Shown here piece after piece: positions 8,427 through 17,072 of a stretch of DNA of 32,000 nt (positions within the stretch are counted from its first letter, which is position 1; the number at the start of each line of letters is the position of its first letter). This DNA is from Candidatus Electronema halotolerans (GTDB lineage: Bacteria > Desulfobacterota > Desulfobulbia > Desulfobulbales > Desulfobulbaceae). The stretch covers positions 2,850,001 to 2,882,000 of the forward strand of contig OW818675.1 in assembly GCA_942493095.1 (NCBI GenBank). Reading direction: 5' to 3'. The position numbers were made by a program, and so were the translations under genes. The notes below the pieces were generated by a model. The model had not been told where the DNA came from, did not search any database, and saw only the letters and a program-made list of their open reading frames with translations.

Positions 8427-8927
8427 TTATCTGTCAAATTTTTCCTTCAGCGCGGCCAGCACATGAGCCGGAACCATGCCGCTGACATCGCCGCCCTGCC
8501 GGGCCGCATCTTTGATAATCGAGGAGCTGATATAAATCCAGCGGAAGCCGGTCATCAGGAAAACCGTCTCCACCCGCCGCTCCAGCTTGCGGTTCATCAG
8601 GGCAAGCTGGAGTTCGTAGTCAAAGTCAGAAACTGCCCGCAGACCGCGAATAATGGCGCAGGCGTTTTTTCGCATCGCGTAATCAACAATCAGACCGCTG
8701 GTCGTATCCACCTCCACCCGGTCATTGGCGGCAAAGCACTGCTGCATCAGGCTGATCCGCTCTTCCAGATTGAACAGGGGTGTTTTATTCGGGTTGATCG
8801 CAATGGTGACAATCACCCGCTCAAACATGCGCAGGGACCGGGTGATGATGTCCACATGGCCGTTGGTGATCGGATCAAAGGTGCCGGGATAAATGGCAAT
8901 ACCAGAACTGCGCAGTTTTTCAGTCAT
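8427..8927 (-). CDS. coaD: phosphopantetheine adenylyltransferase
   Basis: I place the start at ATG 8925-8927 (MTEKLRSSGIAIYPGTFDPITNGHVDII...). The conserved GTFDP.T.GH nucleotidyltransferase motif is present, and so is the conserved rsmD-coaD synteny. Confidence 0.9.
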   Translation of the reverse strand: MTEKLRSSGIAIYPGTFDPITNGHVDIITRSLRMFERVIVTIAINPNKTPLFNLEERISLMQQCFAANDRVEVDTTSGLIVDYAMRKNACAIIRGLRAVSDFDYELQLALMNRKLERRVETVFLMTGFRWIYISSSIIKDAARQGGDVSGMVPAHVLAALKEKFDR

Positions 8928-8937
8928 CGTTGTAAAG

Positions 8938-9510
8938 TCAGCTCTGTCGGTAGAGCCAGAGGCCGGTTTCCCCGTAGCTGCGCTGATCAGCGAGCCGCAG
9001 GCTGCCACAGTGCTCTGGCAGGCGAACGTTTTTACGCTCTTCCGCAATCAGCAGGCCGTCTTCAGCCAGCAGAGAGGATTGGGCAATTGCCTTCAGTGTA
9101 TGTTCCGCCAGACCTTGTTCGTAGGGCGGATCAAGAAAAATCAGCTCAAAATACAGCTCCGCAGGCAGCCTTCGGGACAGCTTGGCGATGCTGTCCGGCT
9201 TGGCAAGATCAAGCTGGAGCAGGGCCGCCTTGGCATCAACAAAGCTGCGTTTGAGCGTGTTCTGCATCAGTTCCAAAGCCTGCCGGGATTGATCAACAAA
9301 AACAACCGTTGCCGCGCCCCGGCTCAGGCTCTCCATGCCAAGGCTCCCAGTGCCTGCGTACAAATCCAGCACCCTACTGCCGGGAACCTTTGCCGCAATG
9401 ATGTTGAACAGGGCTTCGCGGACCCGGTCGCTGGTTGGCCGGATCAGCTTGCAGCCTGTTTTTGGTCCGCTGATGCTCCGGCCTTTAGCCGTGCCGCCGG
9501 TGATGCGCAT
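8938..9510 (-). CDS. rsmD: 16S rRNA (guanine966-N2)-methyltransferase
   Basis: I place the start at ATG 9508-9510 (MRITGGTAKGR...). Motifs RPTSDRVREALFN, LDLYAGTGSLGMESLSRGA and FLDPPY are present. Confidence 0.85.
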   Translation of the reverse strand: MRITGGTAKGRSISGPKTGCKLIRPTSDRVREALFNIIAAKVPGSRVLDLYAGTGSLGMESLSRGAATVVFVDQSRQALELMQNTLKRSFVDAKAALLQLDLAKPDSIAKLSRRLPAELYFELIFLDPPYEQGLAEHTLKAIAQSSLLAEDGLLIAEERKNVRLPEHCGSLRLADQRSYGETGLWLYRQS

Positions 9511-9515
9511 GATGA

Positions 9516-10259
9516 TCAGGCAGCGGGCGGCTGCCGTTTCCGCTGGATGAATTGATACAGGTCGAGCAGCGGCCCTGAGGCAGCATAGCAAAGGGCAGTG
9601 AAAAACAGGGTCACTGGCGGTTCAGAGGCTAAAAAGACCATTGCCAAAATAATGCCGACCACAGCCTGAAAACGTTTCTCGCGGGGGATGCTGATTTTTT
9701 TGAAACTCAGGTAGCGGTGCGCGGAAATCATCAGATAGGAGAGCAGATAGACCAGCAGGAGGATGGACAGGTGCTTGACCGTATCCTCTGCGCCGAGAAA
9801 GCGGAAGAACATCACCAAGGTGGCAATTGCCCCGGCTGCGGCTGGACAGGGCAGGCCGACAAAGTCATGGCTCTTCTGCTTCTCTGGCGGCTGCTCGGCA
9901 ATAGTGTTGAAGCGGGCCAGACGCAGGGAAGTGGCGGCAACATAGAGAAAGGCGGCCAGCCAGCCATAGCGTCCATAAGGCAGCAAGGCCCAGAGATAGG
10001 CGAGCAGGGCTGGGGCCACGCCAAAGGAGACCAGATCACAGAGTGAATCTAGCTGCATGCCAAAGTCGGAGGCAGAGCCGGTCATCCGGGCCACCCTGCC
10101 GTCAAGGCCGTCAAAGACTCCAGCGACAATGATGGCTGCCGCTGCCGGATAAAAGTCACCGTTGATCGAGGCGATGATTGAATAAAAGCCGCTGAACAGA
10201 CTGGCAAGGGTCAGGGTGCAGGGCAGAAGGAAAAAACGGTTCGGCTGTGGCAGTTCCAT
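9516..10259 (-). CDS. pssA: CDP-diacylglycerol--serine O-phosphatidyltransferase
   Basis: I place the start at ATG 10257-10259 (MELPQPNRFF...). The CDP-alcohol phosphatidyltransferase motif is DGLDGRVARMTGSASDFGMQLDSLCD. The protein is polytopic. Confidence 0.85.
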   Translation of the reverse strand: MELPQPNRFFLLPCTLTLASLFSGFYSIIASINGDFYPAAAAIIVAGVFDGLDGRVARMTGSASDFGMQLDSLCDLVSFGVAPALLAYLWALLPYGRYGWLAAFLYVAATSLRLARFNTIAEQPPEKQKSHDFVGLPCPAAAGAIATLVMFFRFLGAEDTVKHLSILLLVYLLSYLMISAHRYLSFKKISIPREKRFQAVVGIILAMVFLASEPPVTLFFTALCYAASGPLLDLYQFIQRKRQPPAA

Positions 10260-10430
10260 AGTTCGGCGTGGAGGCAGGAAGGGCGGACTTTGACTGAACA
10301 CAAGAAAGACCGGCATATTATACCGGCAGAGCCAAGATATGCAACCGAATAAGGGCCGCTCCGCCCGCATCTTGTTTCCGGCCCTGCTTCCGGGTATAGT
10401 CGGAGCAGAACAATCTGAACCGTCGTTGCT

Positions 10431-10512
10431 GTCATTTCGAGCACAGCGAGAAATCGTTGTGCGCTCTTCCTCGTTTCAAGCGGTTGAGATTCCTCGCCTT
10501 GTGCGGAATGAC
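10431..10512. repeat. REP/MITE-like imperfect inverted repeat in the pssA / ADP-ribosylglycohydrolase divergent intergenic region
   Basis: The left arm is GTCATTTCGAGCACAGCGAGAAATC (10431-10455). The reverse complement of the right arm is GTCATTCCGCACAAGGCGAGGAATC (10488-10512). The arms are about 25 nt and are separated by 32 nt. Confidence 0.45.
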
Positions 10513-10556
10513 AATGTCAATGACCTCTCTTTTTTGCCAACGCTCCCGACAAAACC

Positions 10557-11525
10557 ATGCCTGATCTTTTGGACAAATTTCAAGGCTGTCTGCTGGCCGC
10601 AGCTCTTGGCGATGCCTTCTGCGCTGGCCACGAAGGCGGCCTGCTGGAGCGGCTGCTCTGGCGGCTGCTTGGCAGGACACGGCAGGGCCTGCGCCGCTGG
10701 ACTGATGATACCCAGATGAGCATTGATCTGGCCCGGCATCTGCTCCGGCATGGCCGTGTCAATCAAGATGCGCTGGCCGCAGATTTTGCCGCCAGCTATC
10801 GCTGGTCGCGTGGCTATGGCCCCAGCACCGTCGCTGTCCTGCGACAGGTCAGGGCCGGGACAGACTGGCGGAGCGCAGTGACAGCCCGGCATCCGTCCGG
10901 CTCCTATGGCAATGGCGCAGCCATGCGGGTTGCGCCGCTGGCCCTGTTCCATCATGATCAGCCCAAGGAACTGGCGGAGGCGGTTGCGCAGGCTTCAGCC
11001 GTCACTCATGCCCACCCGGCAGCTCTTGCCGGAGCGCAGCTCATCGCCCAAGCCATTGTTCATGCTCTTGGGGATGCGGATTCGGCAGAGGCAGTCAGAG
11101 CACTGGCTGGGCAGTGTCAAGACCCAAACTTTGCCCAAGCCATGCAGACAGTCAGCAAGCTGCTCGCAGCTCCGGCCCTGCCTGAACCAGCCCGCCTGCG
11201 CCAGCTCCTTGGCACGGAAAGCACGGCCCTGCGCTCCTGTCCAGCTACCGTGCTGCTGGGCCTCAGCTTTCGGCAGCAGCCTCTGCCCGAACTGCTGGCA
11301 TACATTCGGCGCGGCGGCGGCGACACCGACACAGTCGCGGCAATGGCCGGGGCGATCTGGGGCGCGGCTGCTGGCAGAAGCAGGATTCCTGAGCCGATGC
11401 TCTGCGCTGTTGAGGCATATAAGCAGCTCCTGCATCTGGCCGGGCAACTGCACGGCAAGGCAAAGCACTTTCAGAAACAAAGCAATGAAACCAGAAATTT
11501 GTCTCAACATGATCGTCAAAAATGA
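10557..11525 (+). CDS. ADP-ribosylglycohydrolase family protein
   Basis: 322 aa. Motifs: GCLLAAALGDA, WTDDTQM, GNGAAMRVAPL and GGDTDTVAAMAGAIWGA, which are the di-metal site signatures of the ARH/DraG family. Confidence 0.85.
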   Translation: MPDLLDKFQGCLLAAALGDAFCAGHEGGLLERLLWRLLGRTRQGLRRWTDDTQMSIDLARHLLRHGRVNQDALAADFAASYRWSRGYGPSTVAVLRQVRAGTDWRSAVTARHPSGSYGNGAAMRVAPLALFHHDQPKELAEAVAQASAVTHAHPAALAGAQLIAQAIVHALGDADSAEAVRALAGQCQDPNFAQAMQTVSKLLAAPALPEPARLRQLLGTESTALRSCPATVLLGLSFRQQPLPELLAYIRRGGGDTDTVAAMAGAIWGAAAGRSRIPEPMLCAVEAYKQLLHLAGQLHGKAKHFQKQSNETRNLSQHDRQK

Positions 11526-13167
11526 AACCACGGTGCTGGGGCGGCTTTTTGACTCGGTCAAGGATGTTGTTGATTATTATATCATTGCTGACACCGGCTC
11601 GACAGACGGCACACCAGAGTTCATCGGCAAAGAAATGCAGCGGCACGGCATTCCCGGCGAAGTGCTTCATCATAAATGGGTGAATTATGGCTTCAACCGG
11701 AATCAGGCCCTCCAGCATGTTTATGCAAAAAAATGGCAAGGATGGGTGCTGTTCATTGATGCGGACGAAGAGCTGGCCTGCTCTGACCCCCTGTTTCATG
11801 CCAAATTGGAACCCGGTGTCACGTACCAGCTGCAAAAGCACCACGGCTCGCTGCGCTACTCCTTGTCCAATTTGGTTGATGTCAGCAGGACGCAGTGGGA
11901 ATGGAAAGGCGTGGTGCATGAATATCTGGAACACGTTGGCGGCCCGGTTGCCTGCCGAGAACTGCATTCGGCATGGATTATCTATCATGCCGGAGAAGGA
12001 GTGCGCTCGCGGGGCGTGAGCGATGCGGAAAAGTATCTTGCGGATGCGGCTCTTTTGAAGGCGGAATGCAAGAAAAATCCAACCGATGCCAGAAGCAAGT
12101 TTTATCTCGCCCAGTCCTATGACAATGCCGGACGACTGGAACAGGCGCTGCGTCATTATCAACAGCGGGCGGCCATGCTTGGCTGGGATCAGGAAAATTT
12201 CGTGGCGCAACTGCGGGCCGCACGGCTCTGTGCGCAGCTCAAAAAATCTGATCAGGAAGTGGTCCGCGCCTTTCTCAAGGCGCATGAGATGTGTCCGCAG
12301 CGTGCCGAGCCGCTGCATGATCTGGCTTCGTATTATCGAAACAGGAAGCAATTCAGCCAAGCATACAACTATGCGAAAAAAGCAGCGGCGGTTCCGTTGC
12401 CAAGCGACACATTATTTGTAGAAAAGGATATTTACGACTGGCGCATCTTGGATGAAATAGGAGTGGCTGCGTACTGGACAGGCCGTTACCATGAAGCACG
12501 CAAGGCTTGTGAAACTGTTCTTGCGCGACAGGAACGCGGGGAAATTCGGCTCAACAAGGCAACAGTTCAACGGATTCAGGACAATCTGGGATTTTCTCTC
12601 AAAAAAGTTGAGGAACAGCAGGTCAAGGTGGACCGGAACAGCTCTGCGGAGCTGCTGCTTGGTTCTGGTTCACGCGCCAAGAAAGACCTGCTCCTTGCAG
12701 GGATGTCGGCAGAGTTTTCCAACCTTATCCGCCTTGATCAGAACAAAGATCATGAACCGGATCTGGTCTGGGACCTGCGCAGCCATCCGCTGCCTTTTGC
12801 TGACAGCTCTTTTGACGAAATTCATGCCTATCAGGTCCTCCAGCATCTGGCGCAGCAGGGTGATTACCAGTTTTTCTTTGCCGAGTTCAGCGAATACTGG
12901 CGCATCCTCAAGCCGGGCGGCCTGTTTCTCGCTTCAGTTCCAGACCGCTCTCTGGCTTGGGCTGATCCTGCGAACAAGCGAATTATTCAACCGGAAACTT
13001 TGGCATTTCTTGACCAAGATGAATACGCGCAACAGGTCGGCACAACCACTATGCGTGATTTCCGTTACCTGTACAAGGCCCACTTCAAGACTGCATATTC
13101 ACAGGTTAGTGAGGGTGTCTTTTACTTTGCGCTCAGAAAAGTTGTGCAGGAAAAGAAAGAACGATAA
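11485..13167 (+). CDS. multidomain protein: family-2 glycosyltransferase, TPR repeats, C-terminal class I SAM-methyltransferase-like domain
   Basis: I place the start at ATG 11485 (MKPEICLNMIVKNE...); ATG 11509 is an alternative. It overlaps the ARH gene by 41 nt (or 17 nt). GT2 signatures are MIVKNE, IIADTGSTDGT and FIDADEEL. The middle is TPR-like (KFYLAQSYDNAGRLEQALRHYQ...). The tail reads FDEIHAYQVLQHL...ILKPGGLFLASVP, like a methyltransferase. Confidence 0.75.
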   Translation: MKPEICLNMIVKNETTVLGRLFDSVKDVVDYYIIADTGSTDGTPEFIGKEMQRHGIPGEVLHHKWVNYGFNRNQALQHVYAKKWQGWVLFIDADEELACSDPLFHAKLEPGVTYQLQKHHGSLRYSLSNLVDVSRTQWEWKGVVHEYLEHVGGPVACRELHSAWIIYHAGEGVRSRGVSDAEKYLADAALLKAECKKNPTDARSKFYLAQSYDNAGRLEQALRHYQQRAAMLGWDQENFVAQLRAARLCAQLKKSDQEVVRAFLKAHEMCPQRAEPLHDLASYYRNRKQFSQAYNYAKKAAAVPLPSDTLFVEKDIYDWRILDEIGVAAYWTGRYHEARKACETVLARQERGEIRLNKATVQRIQDNLGFSLKKVEEQQVKVDRNSSAELLLGSGSRAKKDLLLAGMSAEFSNLIRLDQNKDHEPDLVWDLRSHPLPFADSSFDEIHAYQVLQHLAQQGDYQFFFAEFSEYWRILKPGGLFLASVPDRSLAWADPANKRIIQPETLAFLDQDEYAQQVGTTTMRDFRYLYKAHFKTAYSQVSEGVFYFALRKVVQEKKER

Positions 13168-13252
13168 TTCAAGAGACGGGATGGTCAGCTTTGCATGGCA
13201 ACAGCAACCTGAAACAATGCGTTAAAGTGAATTTACACCCTGTGATGACTTG

Positions 13253-13283
13253 CAAAAAAAAGCCCCTTCCGCAGAAGGGGCTT
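13253..13283 (-). terminator. rho-independent terminator of rpoD (possibly bidirectional for the convergent GT gene)
   Basis: Stem AGCCCCTTC (13261-13269) pairs with GAAGGGGCT (13274-13282) around a 4-nt loop. It is flanked by an A8 run (13254-13261), which is the U-tract on the minus strand. Confidence 0.7.
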
Positions 13284-13309
13284 CAGATGGACAGAAACGT
13301 CGGGCAGCT

Positions 13310-14638
13310 TCAGTCGAGAAAAAAGCGCAGTTTTTCCCGGCGGCTGGAGTGGCGCAGCCGGTTGAGAGCTTTTTTCTCTATTTGGCGGATGCGCTCGCGG
13401 GAGACATTGAATTTCTTGCCAATCTCCTCCAGCGTGTATTCCGCCTTCTCGCCAATGCCGAAGCGCAGGCGGATGATCTTCTCCTCCCGCTCAGTCAGAG
13501 TGGCTAACACTTCAGTGACCCGGTCGGCCAGCTCGCGGTTCTCAACCGTGTCATAGGGCGACTCAGCCTCCTGATTCTCCAAAAAGTCGCCAAGGGTGGA
13601 ATCATCGTCACCAACCGGAGTTTCCAAGGAAATCGGCTCGCGGGATGCCTCCAGAATGGCGAGGATTTTATCCATTGGCAGATCAGTCAGCTCGGAGATT
13701 TCGGTCGGGGTTGGCTCCCGGCCCAGCTCCTTGAGCAACGAATAAAATGCCTTGAAAAACTGACTGCGCAATTCGAGAAAATGCACGGGCAGCCGGATGG
13801 TGCGGGTCTTGTCCAAAATCGCCCGCGTGATCGCCTGCCGAATCCACCACGAAGCATAGGTGGAGAACTTGTTGCCCTTGGTGTAGTCAAAGCGGAACAC
13901 GGCCCGCATCAGGCCGAGATTGCCCTCCTGAATCAAATCCGCCAAGGTCAGCCCTTGGTGCATGTAGCGTTTGGCAATCGAGACCACCAAGCGCAGGTTG
14001 GCCCGAATCATGCAGTCCTTGGCATTCTCAATCGAGCGGCTGTAAGCACCGAGCCGGGTGTGCAGTTCGAGCAGCTCCCGCTTGTCCGCATACTTGCCTG
14101 CCGCCTTTTTCACGCACTGACGCATGTGATTGAGCTGCTGCTTTTTCGGCTTGAGCGAAGGGTCGCGCCGTTCCCACAGCTCAATCCGGTCCCTGAGAAT
14201 TTTCATTTCAGGAACACCGGATTTTTCTTCCCGAACCGCATTGACAATCGCGCTGAACCCTTCCCGGATGGCCTTGGAATACCGGGCCTCCTCCTCCGGG
14301 GTCAGCAGCTCGAACTGCCCCATTTCCCGTAAATACGTGGTCGTGGTCTCCTCGGCTTCATGATCTTCGTCGCCGGAAACAACCAGACCGTCCTCGTCGC
14401 TCTCGTCAACGTGCATATCTTCCTTGCCTGTCCATTCCTCGCCGGAAAGGGTCCTTTTCCGCCCCGACTCCTCGACAGTAACAATTTCAATGTTATGCGC
14501 GTTCAGGAAATCAAAAACAGCTTCAATGGCTCCGGGGTCTTTCACATCATCCGGCAGCAATTTGTTAAGATGTTTGAAAGTGATGCAGCCCTCGCCCTGT
14601 CCGGCCTTGAGAAGGTCTTCCTTAATACTTGCAAGCAC
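13310..14638 (-). CDS. rpoD: RNA polymerase sigma-70 family primary-like sigma factor
   Basis: 442 aa. Region 2 reads DLIQEGNLGLMRAVFRFDYTKGNKFSTYASWWIRQAITRAI. Region 4 reads TLEEIGKKFNVSRERIRQIEKKALNRLR. Confidence 0.9.
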   Translation of the reverse strand: MLASIKEDLLKAGQGEGCITFKHLNKLLPDDVKDPGAIEAVFDFLNAHNIEIVTVEESGRKRTLSGEEWTGKEDMHVDESDEDGLVVSGDEDHEAEETTTTYLREMGQFELLTPEEEARYSKAIREGFSAIVNAVREEKSGVPEMKILRDRIELWERRDPSLKPKKQQLNHMRQCVKKAAGKYADKRELLELHTRLGAYSRSIENAKDCMIRANLRLVVSIAKRYMHQGLTLADLIQEGNLGLMRAVFRFDYTKGNKFSTYASWWIRQAITRAILDKTRTIRLPVHFLELRSQFFKAFYSLLKELGREPTPTEISELTDLPMDKILAILEASREPISLETPVGDDDSTLGDFLENQEAESPYDTVENRELADRVTEVLATLTEREEKIIRLRFGIGEKAEYTLEEIGKKFNVSRERIRQIEKKALNRLRHSSRREKLRFFLD

Positions 14639-14833
14639 CTGCTTTCACCCTCCCTGCGCATGGCGTATGGAAAGAAATATGACGGCATAAAAAAAGACGC
14701 TGCTGCGTCCAGTGTAATGAATAAAATATTTATATATAGTATATTTTATCTGAAAAAGCAAAGCAAGATTTTTCAACCCAGTTTTTCAGGCTGGATGCAG
14801 TTCCTGCCTGTCTTCCGTCCCTTTTGACCACAA

Positions 14834-16444
14834 ATGACCATGACTGACAAACATGCAGCATCTCCGCAGCCGGACAGCAGCCTCTGCGCCAGCAGAGCTT
14901 CTGGTGTTCTTCTCCATATTTCCTCCCTGCCCAGCCCACACGGCATCGGCGATCTCGGTCCGGGCAGCCATGTTTTTGTTGATTTTCTCAAGGCGGGCGG
15001 CCAGAGCTTCTGGCAGGTCCTGCCGCTGGGGCCGACCAGCCTTTCCTCTGGCAATTCTCCGTATATGAGCAGCTCGGCCTTTGCTGGCAATCCGCTGCTG
15101 ATCAGCCCGGAATTGCTGGTTCGGGACGGCTGGCTGCAAGAGAAGGAGCTGCCGCCTCAGCCTGCCGAATTCTCTGAATATTTGGTGGATTTTCCAGCAG
15201 TGACCGCATGGAAGGAAACGCTGCTGACCTTGGCTTGGCAGTCGTTTCAGCAAAGAATGACGGCAAAAGAGCAGGAAAGCCTGCTGGCGGAATTTGCCGG
15301 GCAGCATCCTTGGGCCAAAGACTATGCGCTGTTCATGGCCTTGAAAGAGCAGTTCAACGGTCAGGCGTGGCTGGACTGGCCGGAGGAGCTGCGCCTGCAT
15401 CAGCCGGAAGCAGTGCGGGCGGCGGAACAGGAGCTGGGCCAGACAGTCCGCCGTCATCTCTTTGTTCAGCATCTTTTCTTCAGCCAATGGCAGGAGCTGC
15501 ATGATCATGCGGCAGCCAACGGTATCCGCCTGATCGGCGACCTGCCGATTTATGTGGCCCTTGATTCCGCTGATGTCTGGGCTGATCAGGAAATATTCAT
15601 GCTGTCGCCAAAAACAGGCCGTCCCACGCATGTCGCCGGGGTGCCGCCAGATTATTTCAGCAAAACCGGCCAGCTCTGGGGCAATCCCCTGTACCGCTGG
15701 CACAGCCGCACTGCGGGCGTGAAGGAGCGGCTTTTTGACTGGTGGGAGCAGCGGCTGCGGGCGGTGCTCTCTGCCGTGGATGTGATCCGCATTGACCATT
15801 TCCGGGGCTTTGAAGCCTACTGGTCGGTTCCGGCCAAAGAGACCACTGCCCTTGATGGTGAATGGAAAAAAGGGCCGGGCCTTCGCTTTTTCAAGGACAT
15901 GGAAGAGCGGCTCGGCAGCCTGCCGGTCATTGCTGAGGACTTGGGCGTGATCACCCCGGAAGTGGAGCAGCTCCGTGACAGCATGGGCTTTCCTGGCATG
16001 AAAATTCTTCTCTTCGCCTTTGACGGCGACCCTGAAAACGCCTATCTGCCGTGGAACATGCCGAAAAACTGCGTGGTTTATACCGGCACCCATGACAACG
16101 ACACCGCCGTGGGCTGGTATCTGAGCGGCGAGGTGGCGCAGGAAGTCAAGCAGCAGGCCAAAGTCTGTGTCAACCGCAGTGACGACGCATCCCGCTTTCA
16201 TGAGGACATGCTGTATTTGGCTCAGACCTCGCCAGCCGGACTCTGCATTCTGCCTATGCAGGACTTGCTCGGCTTTGGCAATGACTGCCGGATGAACACG
16301 CCTGGAACTGCTGAAAATAATTGGCGATGGCGTTGCGCGCCCCGTTTCATCACCACTGAGCTGGCCGAGAATCTCAGGCGGCGCACCGCCCTGTTCGGCA
16401 GGCTGCCTGCGGCAAAAAAAGAAAAAGACGAAAATCCTGCTTGA
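14834..16444 (+). CDS. malQ: 4-alpha-glucanotransferase (amylomaltase)
   Basis: 536 aa. Motifs: GVLLHISSLPSPHGIGDLG, FWQVLPLGPT, SPY.SSSAFAGNPLLIS, IRIDHFRGF and GTHDNDT, a GH77 pattern. Confidence 0.9.
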   Translation: MTMTDKHAASPQPDSSLCASRASGVLLHISSLPSPHGIGDLGPGSHVFVDFLKAGGQSFWQVLPLGPTSLSSGNSPYMSSSAFAGNPLLISPELLVRDGWLQEKELPPQPAEFSEYLVDFPAVTAWKETLLTLAWQSFQQRMTAKEQESLLAEFAGQHPWAKDYALFMALKEQFNGQAWLDWPEELRLHQPEAVRAAEQELGQTVRRHLFVQHLFFSQWQELHDHAAANGIRLIGDLPIYVALDSADVWADQEIFMLSPKTGRPTHVAGVPPDYFSKTGQLWGNPLYRWHSRTAGVKERLFDWWEQRLRAVLSAVDVIRIDHFRGFEAYWSVPAKETTALDGEWKKGPGLRFFKDMEERLGSLPVIAEDLGVITPEVEQLRDSMGFPGMKILLFAFDGDPENAYLPWNMPKNCVVYTGTHDNDTAVGWYLSGEVAQEVKQQAKVCVNRSDDASRFHEDMLYLAQTSPAGLCILPMQDLLGFGNDCRMNTPGTAENNWRWRCAPRFITTELAENLRRRTALFGRLPAAKKEKDENPA

Positions 16445-16492
16445 CAGCGCAGCGCAAATGCTGTAAAAAGGCGTTCACGCATCATTGAATGC

Positions 16493-16567
16493 GGCCCCAT
16501 CGTCTAGCGGTTAGGACAGCGGCCTCTCACGCCGTAAACAGGAGTTCGATTCTCCTTGGGGTCACCA
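16493..16567 (+). tRNA. tRNA-Glu (anticodon CUC), CCA encoded
   Basis: Manual cloverleaf. Acceptor GGCCCCA pairs with TGGGGTC. The D arm is GTCT-AGCGGTTA-GGAC. The anticodon stem GCGGC/GCCGT carries the loop CT-CTC-AC. The variable loop is 4 nt. The T arm is AGGAG-TTCGATT-CTCCT. Discriminator A plus CCA follow. Total 75 nt. Confidence 0.85.
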
Positions 16568-16577
16568 AGCAAAATCA

Positions 16578-16614
16578 GGGAGATAGAGCAGAAATTGCTT
16601 TATCTCCCTTTTTT
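16578..16614 (+). terminator. rho-independent terminator after tRNA-Glu
   Basis: Stem GGGAGATA (16578-16585) pairs with TATCTCCC (16601-16608). A T6 run (16609-16614) follows. Confidence 0.6.
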
Positions 16615-16787
16615 GTTCCCCACCATATTCCCCACATTTTTTCCTGTTTTCGCGGTATGGGGAGTCTGCTTTCTTGCCACAAAAAATATTTCTTGGGGTG
16701 GGGAATCGCGGGCTGAAGAGAAAAACGAGCTGACCCGGCAGCGGGCGAGCATGTCAGTCATCAAGCAGAACAATCCGGGCGGGATTC

Positions 16788-16844
16788 TCAAGGGCCAGAG
16801 GGAAGGTAGAGCGGCGGCGAGGTGTTGCTGACAGCTTCAGGCAT
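16788..16844 (-). pseudogene. 18-codon stub of a PIN-like (DUF3368-type) toxin gene, partner of the UPF0175 antitoxin
   Basis: Its ATG overlaps the antitoxin stop (ATGCCTGA). The translation MPEAVSNTSPPLYLPSGP* resembles the ..VVSDTSPLIYL.. N-terminus of DUF3368 PIN-like toxins, then terminates. No long frame continues downstream. Confidence 0.3.
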
Positions 16845-17070
16845 GTTTCGTCTCCAGCTCATCCAGTTCCGCCGCCAGAGGAAAGACCTTGAAGCGGTTC
16901 AGGTTGAGCAGGAATTCCACTCTGGACATGCCTGCAAGCTCGGCAGCCCGCCCGGATGACAGCCTGCCGGTCTCAAACAGTTTGATTGCCGCCAGCAGGA
17001 GAATTTCACGCCCAAAGGACTCGGCATCTGTTTTTTCCTCCAGCAGCACCTTGTCAGGGCAACCGACCAT
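16837..17070 (-). CDS. UPF0175-family (COG2886-like) putative antitoxin with HTH
   Basis: 77 aa. AAIKLFETGRLSSGRAAELAGMSRVEFLLNL matches the UPF0175 core (KLYE.GKLSLGKAAELAGMS..EF). It starts 2 nt after the Abi stop. Confidence 0.7.
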   Translation of the reverse strand: MVGCPDKVLLEEKTDAESFGREILLLAAIKLFETGRLSSGRAAELAGMSRVEFLLNLNRFKVFPLAAELDELETKHA

Positions 17071-17072
17071 GT

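Noticed and set aside
8928-9047. 40-codon N-terminal extension of coaD overlapping rsmD
   Set aside because: The conserved PPAT sequence begins a few residues after the internal Met (MTEKLRSSGIAIYPGTFDP). The extension overlaps the rsmD 3' end out of frame.
10906-11484. N-terminal 193 codons of the 753-aa ORF 10906-13167
   Set aside because: This part overlaps the ADP-ribosylglycohydrolase gene out of frame and translates to Arg/Pro/Cys-rich junk. The recognisable glycosyltransferase sequence starts at MKPEICLNMIVKNE (11485).
11263-12360. 365-aa minus-strand ORF opposite the GT2-TPR gene
   Set aside because: Shadow ORF with a biased composition. The plus strand carries clear GT2 motifs.
14786-16201. 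471-aa ORF antisense to malQ
   Set aside because: It lies entirely opposite a gene with unmistakable GH77 motifs. The translation is Arg/Gly/Pro/Ala-rich and low in complexity, as expected for the antisense frame of GC-rich coding DNA.
16690-16700. TTCTTGGGGTG, a 10/11 match to the tRNA-Glu 3' end (TCCTTGGGGTC), as a possible att remnant
   Set aside because: It is too short, only ~130 nt from the tRNA, and has no matching copy at the distal end of the island. It could easily be chance.
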